From an uncultured Flavobacterium sp. (GTDB lineage Bacteria; Bacteroidota; Bacteroidia; Flavobacteriales; Flavobacteriaceae), in contig CAZWAF010000002.1 in NCBI GenBank assembly GCA_964631795.1, forward strand, positions 2,311-66,310: DNA of 64,000 bases, read 5' to 3'. Positions 28,499 through 36,626 of the stretch are shown in pieces. Made by a program: the position numbers and the translations under genes. Numbering within the stretch: the first letter of the stretch is position 1; each line of letters starts with the position of its first letter. The notes under the pieces were generated by a model. The model did no database searches. It was given only the letters and a program-made list of their open reading frames with translations, and had not been told where the DNA came from.

Positions 28499-28542
28499 AT
28501 GATATTTATCATAATAAAGGACTATTATGTCTTTTATATTTA
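28499..28542 (+). promoter_or_regulatory. nirK promoter: FNR-like box, 9-6-9 palindrome and -7 box
   Basis: ATGAT-ATTT-ATCAT at 28499-28512; ATAAAGGAC-N6-GTCTTTTAT at 28514-28537; TATATTTA at 28535-28542. Confidence 0.7.
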
Positions 28543-28577
28543 CATCATAATTTATTTACTAATCAAATGCACTATTT

Positions 28578-30047
28578 ATGAAAACTATCTTTAAAAACAG
28601 TAAGACGTTAAAAATAGCTTTATTCGGTAGTCTGTTAGCATCTGCGGGTTTGATTGCCTTCGGATGTACAGATAAGAGTAAGAATAAAAACGATTCTGTA
28701 AAAGGAGAAATGATTGCCGAACTAACGGCACCACCGATGGTACCAAAACCAGTAGGAGACAGAGCTGCCACAAAATTAGTGGTAAACATGGAAATTAAAG
28801 AAATGGAAGGCGAAATGGCCGATGGGGTAAAATATACCTATTGGACATTTGGAGGTTCTGTTCCCGGAAGTTTCATCAGAACAAGAGTGGGGGATGAAGT
28901 GGAGTTTCACTTAAAAAATCACCCGGACAACAAATTACCACACAATATTGATTTGCATGCTGTGACAGGTCCCGGAGGAGGGGCTACATCATCATTGGTA
29001 GCACCTGGTCACGAAAAAATATTCAATTTTAAAGTTTTAAATCCGGGTCTTTACGTTTACCATTGTGCTACTGCTCCTGTAGGAATGCATATTGCCAACG
29101 GGATGTATGGTTTAATTTTAGTAGAACCGGAAGGAGGATTACCTAAAGTAGATAGAGAGTACTACGTAATGCAAGGAGATTTCTACACTAAAGGTGCTAA
29201 TGGAGAACAAGGTTTACAGCCATTTGACATGAATAAAGCCATCAAAGAGCAACCTGATTATGTAGTTTTTAATGGAAAAACAGGAGCATTAACAGGAGAA
29301 GGTGCTTTAACTGCAAAGGTAGGTGAAACAGTTCGTCTTTTTGTAGGTAACGGTGGACCAAACTTGGTGTCTTCGTTTCACGTAATTGGTGAAATCTTTG
29401 ACGATGTTTATATAGAAGGAGGAGATATGGTTAATAAAAACGTACAAACCACATTGATTCCTGCCGGAGGATCAGCAATTGTTGATTTCAAAGTAGATGT
29501 GCCGGGTACATTTATTTTGGTTGACCACTCTATTTTTAGAGCTTTCAATAAAGGTGCCTTGGGTATGCTGAAAGTTGAAGGTCCGGAAGACAAAACAATT
29601 TATTCAGGAACAATTCAGGAAGGTGTTTATTTACCTGAAGGAGGTGGAATTCAATCTATGCCAAAAGCAAAAGCAACTGAAAAATCGCAAGTAGCCTTAA
29701 CAGTACCACAACAAATTGCCGCAGGTAAATCTATTTATGGAAAAACTTGTTTTGCTTGCCACCAGTCAGAAGGGCAAGGGGTTCCAACAGTATTCCCTCC
29801 ATTAGCTAAATCTGATTTCTTGAATGCAGATCCGAATAGAGCTATTAAAGCGGTCTTAAAAGGATTAAGTGGAGAAATTACAGTAAACGGTAAAAAATAT
29901 AACAATGTAATGACCAGTCAAAATCTGACTGATGACGAAGTTGCAAATGTATTGACTTATGTTTATAATAGTTGGGGCAACAATAAAACAGTTGTAACTC
30001 CTGCGATGGTTAAATCAGTAAGAAATAAAACAGAAGGTGAACACTAA
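28578..30047 (+). CDS. nirK: Copper nitrite reductase with fused C-terminal cytochrome c; lipoprotein
   Basis: [33 protein letters not shown]; C-terminal CFACH; lipobox AFGC. Confidence 0.93.
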   Translation: MKTIFKNSKTLKIALFGSLLASAGLIAFGCTDKSKNKNDSVKGEMIAELTAPPMVPKPVGDRAATKLVVNMEIKEMEGEMADGVKYTYWTFGGSVPGSFIRTRVGDEVEFHLKNHPDNKLPHNIDLHAVTGPGGGATSSLVAPGHEKIFNFKVLNPGLYVYHCATAPVGMHIANGMYGLILVEPEGGLPKVDREYYVMQGDFYTKGANGEQGLQPFDMNKAIKEQPDYVVFNGKTGALTGEGALTAKVGETVRLFVGNGGPNLVSSFHVIGEIFDDVYIEGGDMVNKNVQTTLIPAGGSAIVDFKVDVPGTFILVDHSIFRAFNKGALGMLKVEGPEDKTIYSGTIQEGVYLPEGGGIQSMPKAKATEKSQVALTVPQQIAAGKSIYGKTCFACHQSEGQGVPTVFPPLAKSDFLNADPNRAIKAVLKGLSGEITVNGKKYNNVMTSQNLTDDEVANVLTYVYNSWGNNKTVVTPAMVKSVRNKTEGEH

Positions 30048-30127
30048 ATAAAAGTAATTAAATCGCCATGATTCAAGCTGAAGAGTGGCGATTTTATATC
30101 AATCAATAAATTTTAAAATTTTACAAA

Positions 30128-30505
30128 ATGAAAAAAACATTTTTAGGATTAGCAGCTTTCATATTTGCTTTTAGCTTAAATGCAACAGCTCAAGACAAAG
30201 GGAAAACAGTTTATACACAAACATGTGTAGCTTGTCATCAGGCTAATGGTCAAGGAATTCCAAATGCGTTTCCTCCTTTGGCTAAATCTGATTATTTGAA
30301 CAAAGATGTTAATCGAGCTATCAAACAAGTTATCAAAGGATCTTCGGGACCAATGGTGGTAAACGGAAAAAAATACAATGGAGCCATGCCTGCTCAAAAC
30401 TTAACCGATCAGCAAGTGGCAGACGTATTGACGTATGTTTATGCAAACTGGGGTAACAATAAAACAAAAGTTACTGCCGCAATGGTAAAAGCTCAAAGAA
30501 AATAA
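30128..30505 (+). CDS. Soluble class I cytochrome c, paralog of the NirK cytochrome domain
   Basis: Signal peptide, [13 protein letters not shown], axial MP. Confidence 0.9.
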   Translation: MKKTFLGLAAFIFAFSLNATAQDKGKTVYTQTCVACHQANGQGIPNAFPPLAKSDYLNKDVNRAIKQVIKGSSGPMVVNGKKYNGAMPAQNLTDQQVADVLTYVYANWGNNKTKVTAAMVKAQRK

Positions 30506-30526
30506 TAATTCTAAAAACAAAAAAAG

Positions 30527-31309
30527 ATGTATGCTAAGCTAAAACTGAAAATTTATTTGTCAGTATTTTTAATGCTGATCATAACATCTTTATGGGCACA
30601 AGACACCAGGATGGTTTCTATAAAAAGGGGAACTTACATTCCCCTTTATGGAACCACCGACAAAAAGCCGGTAACTGTAAACGATTTTTATTTAGATGTT
30701 TATCCGGTGACCAACGCTCAGTATTTGGAATTTTTAAAAAGAAATCCCGAATATACCCAATCAAAAATTAAAGGAATATTTGCAGACAAAAGCTATTTAT
30801 CTCATTGGGAAAACAATTACAGTTACGGAAAAAAGAATCTCAGCAATGCTCCGGTAACAAATATTTCCTGGTTTGCAGCAAAAAAATACTGCGAATGTCA
30901 GGGAAAGCGATTGCCAACCATGGATGAATGGGAATATGCGGCCATGGCCGATGAAAAACGTATTGATGCAAGATCAAAAGAAGAATTCAACAAATACATA
31001 CTTTCCTGGTATGAAAAATCACAAACCTATGCTAATCCGGTAGGAAAAACATTTAAAAATTATTGGGGAGTTTGGGATATGCACGGACTGGTATGGGAAT
31101 GGACTTCTGATTTCAACAGTATTTTCCTTTCGGGAGAATCCAGAAAAGATAAAGAGACCGACAAAAATTTATTTTGCGGAAGCGGTTCTGTAAATGCTTC
31201 CGATTTAATGAACTATGCTGCTTTCATGCGCTATGGATTCAGAGCCAGTTTAAAGGCAAAATACACAACAATAAACTTAGGATTTCGTTGTGCCAAAGAT
31301 TCAAAATAG
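30527..31309 (+). CDS. FGE-sulfatase domain protein (NirV-like)
   Basis: DVYPVTNAQY, RLPTMDEWEYAA, DMHGLVWEW, GFRCA; located next to nirK. Confidence 0.8.
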   Translation: MYAKLKLKIYLSVFLMLIITSLWAQDTRMVSIKRGTYIPLYGTTDKKPVTVNDFYLDVYPVTNAQYLEFLKRNPEYTQSKIKGIFADKSYLSHWENNYSYGKKNLSNAPVTNISWFAAKKYCECQGKRLPTMDEWEYAAMADEKRIDARSKEEFNKYILSWYEKSQTYANPVGKTFKNYWGVWDMHGLVWEWTSDFNSIFLSGESRKDKETDKNLFCGSGSVNASDLMNYAAFMRYGFRASLKAKYTTINLGFRCAKDSK

Positions 31310-31335
31310 AATTATCCAAATTAAAAAGTAAAGTA

Positions 31336-31983
31336 ATGAAACCCAAAATACATAAATTCCAAAAAATACAATTTCTAAATAGCGGAGGTAGAAAATTAAT
31401 TTTTGGAATATTGTCAATTCTGTTCTTTTTGCAAAGTTGTGATCCCAAAAAAAACACTCCGGAAGACCCTAAATCCAAAAACATTTCTGATTTATCTATC
31501 TACAATCTTCCATCAAAATGGACAAACCAAGACGGAAAAGACATTGAACTGAAAGATATGAAAGGCAAAGTACTTGTCATGGTCATGATTTACACTTCTT
31601 GTAAAGCTGCCTGTCCAAGACTGGTTGCCGATATGCGAAATATTGAAAGTCGTTTACCCAAAGAGATTAAGCAAAATGTACAACTCGTTTTAGTAAGTAT
31701 TGATCCCGAAGTAGATACCCCAAAACGCTTAAAAGCATTTTCAATCGAAAATAAAATGGACGGAGACCAATGGACATTCCTGCGTTCGACCGAAGAAAAT
31801 ACCAGAGAATTTGCAGCAGTCTTGGCTGTAAATTACAAAAAAATATCTCCTATAGATTTCTCCCATTCCAATATCATAAGTGTTTTTAATACTCAGGGAG
31901 AACTGGTATATCAACAAGAAGGTATCAATGCTAATGCAGACGAAACCATCAAAAAAATTACAGCAGAAGCTAAATCATTATAA
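31336..31983 (+). CDS. SCO family copper chaperone lipoprotein
   Basis: YTSCKAACP (CxxxC), SIDPEVDTP, FSHS; lipobox LQSC; start at Met 31336. Confidence 0.88.
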   Translation: MKPKIHKFQKIQFLNSGGRKLIFGILSILFFLQSCDPKKNTPEDPKSKNISDLSIYNLPSKWTNQDGKDIELKDMKGKVLVMVMIYTSCKAACPRLVADMRNIESRLPKEIKQNVQLVLVSIDPEVDTPKRLKAFSIENKMDGDQWTFLRSTEENTREFAAVLAVNYKKISPIDFSHSNIISVFNTQGELVYQQEGINANADETIKKITAEAKSL

Positions 31984-31986
31984 TTT

Positions 31987-33270
31987 ATGAAAGCAATAAC
32001 AAAAATTGGTTTATCATTTTTAGGAATGATAAGCATGGGAACTTATGCCCAGGAATTTGACATAAATCTGCAATTGAGACCGCGTTATGAATACAGAAAC
32101 GGTTTTGGGTCACCTATAAATGACAAAACAGGAGAAATACCAGGTTCTTTTATATCTCAACGTTCGCGTTTGAACTTCAATTTCAAACAAGATAAATTAA
32201 AGACAAAACTTACTCTTCAAAACGTTCGTGTTTGGGGAGATATGATTATAACTCCTTCTGCATATACAAATGGAATAGGTCTTTTTGAAGCTTGGGCACA
32301 ATATGATTTCAATGCCAATTGGAGTACACGTATCGGACGTCAGGTGATTTCGTATGACAACCAACGTATATTTGGAGAAATTGATTGGGCACAACAAGCA
32401 CAAAGCCATGATGCCGCCATGATCACTTTCAAAAAACAAAAAAGTCAATTGGATTTCACGGCAGCATTCAATGCACAGGGACAAAACAATTTAACTCCTC
32501 AACCAATTTCTTATAATGTGTCTACTTACAGAAACATGCAATTTGCCTGGTATCACAATCAAATGGAGAAATTAGGTGTCAGTTTATTGGCGTTGAATAC
32601 GGGTTATGATTTTCCAAATGCACCAGTTACACCTCCGGTTGAATCCAAAACTTATTACAAACAAACTTTTGGGACTTATCTTACTTACAAAGCAGGGAAA
32701 TTAACAGGAGATTTGGGGCTTTATGCTCAAACAGGTAAAAACAACAATAAGGATGTGAGTGCTTTTTATGGAGGATTCAATTTAGGATATGCTGTTTCAG
32801 ATAAATTTTCTGCAGGTCTTGGATTCGAACACCTTTCGGGGACAGCGCAGGATGACACAAGCGGAAAAAACAAATCTTTCTCCCCACTATTTGGAACCAA
32901 CCATGCTTTCAACGGACACATGGATTATTTTTATGTAGGGAATTACCAAAATACAGTTGGTTTGAACGATGCTTATCTTAAATTTAATTACACTCATAAT
33001 AAGTGGAATTTCCTTTTAATGCCACATTATTTTGCTGCCGCTGCAACAGTATTGGATGCCAATGGTGCAAAAATGGATAATTATCTTGGTACTGAGATTG
33101 ACTTTAATGCGAGTTATGCAGTTCAGAAAGACATTACAGTAAGTGGAGGTTATTCTCAAATGTTTGGAACATCAACAATGGAAAGAGTAAAAGGAGCTAA
33201 TACAGATATTACAAATAATTGGGCTTGGGTAATGATTTCTTTTAATCCGAGATTATTTTCGATTAAATAA
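31987..33270 (+). CDS. Alginate-export-family outer-membrane beta-barrel
   Basis: LRPRYEYRNG, IGRQVISYDNQR, PLFGTNHAFNGHMDYFY, YLGTEID. Confidence 0.75.
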   Translation: MKAITKIGLSFLGMISMGTYAQEFDINLQLRPRYEYRNGFGSPINDKTGEIPGSFISQRSRLNFNFKQDKLKTKLTLQNVRVWGDMIITPSAYTNGIGLFEAWAQYDFNANWSTRIGRQVISYDNQRIFGEIDWAQQAQSHDAAMITFKKQKSQLDFTAAFNAQGQNNLTPQPISYNVSTYRNMQFAWYHNQMEKLGVSLLALNTGYDFPNAPVTPPVESKTYYKQTFGTYLTYKAGKLTGDLGLYAQTGKNNNKDVSAFYGGFNLGYAVSDKFSAGLGFEHLSGTAQDDTSGKNKSFSPLFGTNHAFNGHMDYFYVGNYQNTVGLNDAYLKFNYTHNKWNFLLMPHYFAAAATVLDANGAKMDNYLGTEIDFNASYAVQKDITVSGGYSQMFGTSTMERVKGANTDITNNWAWVMISFNPRLFSIK

Positions 33271-33294
33271 TTTATATTAGGTTAATTTTTTTTT

Positions 33295-33328
33295 AAAGGA
33301 CTATGTACTCATTCCATAGTCCTTTTTT
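33295..33328. terminator. Bidirectional terminator between the nir and ric operons
   Basis: aaaggactatg...catagtcctttttt. Confidence 0.75.
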
Positions 33329-33374
33329 ATTGTTCCAAAATTTCATTTTCTGTGCAGCCTCTGTAAAACATTCT

Positions 33375-34595
33375 TTAATGCATAAATTTATAACCAGAAT
33401 TAGAACGAATACTAGAAAGTAATATTAAAAAGAATCCTACTGGTAAACAACAACTTATAAAAAACAAATAGTTGTAATAATTGGGGATTTCTGCTTTTGT
33501 AAAATACTGAAACAGCCCTTGTCCAAAAAGCAATAACTCGGTAAGTGTATATCCAATTAAAAACAGAATAATTCCCAAACGAACCAACATAGATTTTTTG
33601 TTTAAAAACTGATTTTGAAGAATAAATGCAAACAAAAATCCCGTGATGATTCCAAGCATTGTTAAATGTATAAAACCAATAACCCAATTGCGGATTTGAT
33701 GGGAAATTTGGGCCAGTTCAGGAACCAATACCGCCAATTGCAGGATTATTTTTAATGTCAAAGAAAACAATGCAAAACCATAAACTATTTTCTCAATATT
33801 TTTTAAGGAGTCGAAAAAAGGTCTAAAATGAGGTCTGATCATTTGGATGAAAATCCAAAAAGCAGCGAATTGTAACAGCACTCCAATTCCGTTAATCAGG
33901 TTGAAAATCAGATTCGGAATATACCAACTTACAGGAAGTGCCAACATAAGAATTGTTCCGGTAACCAATAATTTATAAAATAGTTGGAACTGTTTTTTAT
34001 TTAATTTAACTTTAATTTGTTTGAAGAACAAAGCTAAAACGGCAAACAAAAACCAACCATTGAATTGAAAATGCAGAAAAAACTGAATGGCAATTTGATA
34101 AAAGTTACTTGCTTTGCCCAACATTCCTACTGCCGGTCCCAGACACCAAACTCCTAATGTTGACAAAAGCATAAAAACCAAAGCGGTTTTCAGCATCTTT
34201 TGCTCAGGAAGCGATTCTGACCGTGCATCTTTCCAGACCAATCGACAGAAATAGTAACTGCAAAAAATATGTAAGGTCGAAAAAGCTATTGAAAATAGGG
34301 CATATCCTTCAAAAGGAAACCGAAACATCATACCTACGACAGAAAATTGTGTTATCCAAAATAATCGGTTATATACCGGTTTTTGCTGTGCTTCTTTAGG
34401 TATAAAAAAATGAATAATAAGTCCGTACAACATCAGATAAACCCAACCCAACATAGCAACATGGGAATGACCGTGAAGTAAAAACTGATAATTTATTCCC
34501 AAAACAGGATATATATATATCAATCGAAGCAGCAATCCCATTAGGGAAGCTATAAAAAAATTAATCAGACAACTAACTAACCAACTTCTTCTCAT
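33375..34595 (-). CDS. Polytopic membrane protein with intramembrane His motifs (NnrS-like or oxidase-subunit-I-like)
   Basis: About 12 hydrophobic segments; HGHSHVAMLGW, LHFQFNGW, GFIHLTMLG. Confidence 0.6.
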   Translation of the reverse strand: MRRSWLVSCLINFFIASLMGLLLRLIYIYPVLGINYQFLLHGHSHVAMLGWVYLMLYGLIIHFFIPKEAQQKPVYNRLFWITQFSVVGMMFRFPFEGYALFSIAFSTLHIFCSYYFCRLVWKDARSESLPEQKMLKTALVFMLLSTLGVWCLGPAVGMLGKASNFYQIAIQFFLHFQFNGWFLFAVLALFFKQIKVKLNKKQFQLFYKLLVTGTILMLALPVSWYIPNLIFNLINGIGVLLQFAAFWIFIQMIRPHFRPFFDSLKNIEKIVYGFALFSLTLKIILQLAVLVPELAQISHQIRNWVIGFIHLTMLGIITGFLFAFILQNQFLNKKSMLVRLGIILFLIGYTLTELLLFGQGLFQYFTKAEIPNYYNYLFFISCCLPVGFFLILLSSIRSNSGYKFMH

Positions 34596-34654
34596 TCTTC
34601 TAAATTATTTATTAACCGCAAGAGCTCATCTAGCAGTAAAATTTGGATTAAATT

Positions 34655-35119
34655 TTATCTCCAGAAAACATCATCATTATTTTCAATAAAAACTTCTCCG
34701 GAATGAATTTTATTTATTTTATTCAATTGTTCTGTGGTTGCTTTCTTTTGGATTTCGCCAAACAATATCCGCTCTTCAAAACGAATGTGGGTTTCTAATA
34801 TTTTTTCTATTTGGCGTAAATTCTCTGTCAAATTAGAAGTTTGTTCGAATAATTTTTCCAAAAGACGATGCTCAATTAAAGCTTGTTTTATGAGTTTGTC
34901 CTCATTATTCAGAATGGTAAAAATATATTTTTCTTCTAATTCAAAATGTAGTTTTAAGTGGGTTTCAAAAAACCAATCTGCATATTTTTTGATTCGTTTT
35001 GGCTCGATATTCTTTGCTAATCCGGTTCGTATTTTCCAACACAATTGCAATCCGTGATGGTGATCGTGACTCAAAGGTTGCAATTCGGGAACTCTTTTTA
35101 AAGGTTTATTCGAATTCAT
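34655..35119 (-). CDS. Hemerythrin-like domain protein
   Basis: SHDHHHGL, HFELEEK.IF, EH..L, HIRFEER.LF. Confidence 0.8.
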   Translation of the reverse strand: MNSNKPLKRVPELQPLSHDHHHGLQLCWKIRTGLAKNIEPKRIKKYADWFFETHLKLHFELEEKYIFTILNNEDKLIKQALIEHRLLEKLFEQTSNLTENLRQIEKILETHIRFEERILFGEIQKKATTEQLNKINKIHSGEVFIENNDDVFWR

Positions 35120-35129
35120 TATTATAAAA

Positions 35130-35579
35130 TTAAAATCCACCAAAGCGGATGAATGAACCGAAAACCAACATCAAAATTCCTATTGTTGTGACAGACAAAA
35201 TATGAAATGCCATTTCGGGCAATTTGTTAGAATCGTTTCTAAGTTTAGGTATGACACGTATTTGAGCACTTAAAGCAAAGATTACCGTCAGAAGCAATAA
35301 AAGTAATTTTGCAGAAATAACTTGTTCTATTGGAGTTTTGAACTGAAACCAATACTGAAAATTCACACCATATTTATAAGCCATTAAAACTCCTGAAATC
35401 ACTAACAAAATCAGAGCAGTCATCCCAATTGGTTCATATTTCTTTTCAAAATTTAAAATAATATTCTGATCTTTTTCTTTCAGCGCTTTTGGTAAATATC
35501 CAATCGAAAGCAATAAATGTCCTCCAACCCAAATAGTTGCACTCAAAAGATGAATGACTAACAGCAAATGATGATTCAT
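35130..35579 (-). CDS. CopD-like four-TM membrane protein
   Basis: HLLSATIWVGG, LLVISG, MAFHI; four hydrophobic segments. Confidence 0.6.
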   Translation of the reverse strand: MNHHLLLVIHLLSATIWVGGHLLLSIGYLPKALKEKDQNIILNFEKKYEPIGMTALILLVISGVLMAYKYGVNFQYWFQFKTPIEQVISAKLLLLLLTVIFALSAQIRVIPKLRNDSNKLPEMAFHILSVTTIGILMLVFGSFIRFGGF

Positions 35580-35621
35580 GTTTTTATAGAATAGGGGGTT
35601 TTAGTGAAAACCAGAAAAATA

Positions 35622-36335
35622 TTATCCCCGAAAGTAAACTTTAATTTTTGAAGTATCAAACATCTCGTTTTTTAATCTATTGGTAGAATGCCCTAAATTT
35701 CCCAATGTTGAAACTCCGTTCACAAAATGTTGTATGTAATAATTTCCCTGATAATTGTATTTTTCCAGATATTGAATCATTGTTCTTAACTTTTCAGTAT
35801 TAATCAAATCAGAATGAACAGTTGTTCGTACTTCAAAAGGAATCTGACTTTTTATTAATAAATTCAAAGATTTTTCGAAAGGTTGAAATAAATCAGATTG
35901 TGTGATTTTTTCAAAATCAGAAGGCATTGCTTTGAAATCCAAAGCAACATAATCAATCAGATTATCAGCAATCAATTCCTGTAAAACCTCAGGTTTTGAA
36001 CCATTGGTATCAACTTTAACCAGATACCCCATGTGTTTGACTTCAATAATTAACTGAATTATGTTTTTGTGCAACAAACATTCTCCTCCGCTGAAAACCA
36101 CTGCATCGAGTAAATTTTTTCTGGATTGTAAAAAATGAAGTGCTTTTTCGAAAGAAATTGTTCCTTTTCCCAATACAATTTCAGGATTATAACAATACAA
36201 ACACCGCATATTGCAGCCTGCAAACCAAAGAATGCAGGCCGAATGATGCGGATAATCCAATAAAGTAAAAGGAGTTATTCCATAAACAGAATTTCTATAA
36301 GTTGTTTTTGGAACTTTAGGTTCGGTTGCATTCAT
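35622..36335 (-). CDS. nrdG: Anaerobic RNR activating radical SAM enzyme
   Basis: GCNMRCLYCYNP (CxxxCxxC), FSGGE, DTNGS, EVRTT. Confidence 0.9.
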   Translation of the reverse strand: MNATEPKVPKTTYRNSVYGITPFTLLDYPHHSACILWFAGCNMRCLYCYNPEIVLGKGTISFEKALHFLQSRKNLLDAVVFSGGECLLHKNIIQLIIEVKHMGYLVKVDTNGSKPEVLQELIADNLIDYVALDFKAMPSDFEKITQSDLFQPFEKSLNLLIKSQIPFEVRTTVHSDLINTEKLRTMIQYLEKYNYQGNYYIQHFVNGVSTLGNLGHSTNRLKNEMFDTSKIKVYFRG

Positions 36336-36346
36336 AATGGTTAAGA

Positions 36347-36520
36347 TCAATCAGGTTTAACGCATTTCATTTCCCGGAAATGAGTACGTTGTTTGTGTTC
36401 TCCTTTTTTGCCAATATTGAAACTTTCAACCGGACGATGATATCCCATTACCCGGGTATATACCAGACATTTTGTTCTTAAATGGGCATTTTGTTCTAAA
36501 ATAGGATTAGTTGTTTTCAT
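36347..36520 (-). CDS. Stand-alone glycyl-radical domain of class III RNR (57 aa, absent from the ORF track)
   Basis: Manual translation: MKTTNPILEQNAHLRTKCLVYTRVMGYHRPVESFNIGKKGEHKQRTHFREMKCVKPD. RVMGY corresponds to the NrdD C-terminal R-x-x-G-Y motif. Confidence 0.88.
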   Translation of the reverse strand: MKTTNPILEQNAHLRTKCLVYTRVMGYHRPVESFNIGKKGEHKQRTHFREMKCVKPD

Positions 36521-36626
36521 GTTTTTTAAGTTTTTGTTAGTTGTGGATTATTTTAGGTTCTAAGTTGTAAGTAATCTGTTAAATTGATATTGAAAAAGAT
36601 TAGATCTTCAAATAGGGTATCAAAAC

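Noticed and set aside
30527-31309. True formylglycine-generating enzyme, or a sulfatase/RiPP maturation system
   Set aside because: No paired-Cys FGE site and no sulfatase or precursor nearby. The nirK context fits a NirV-like role.
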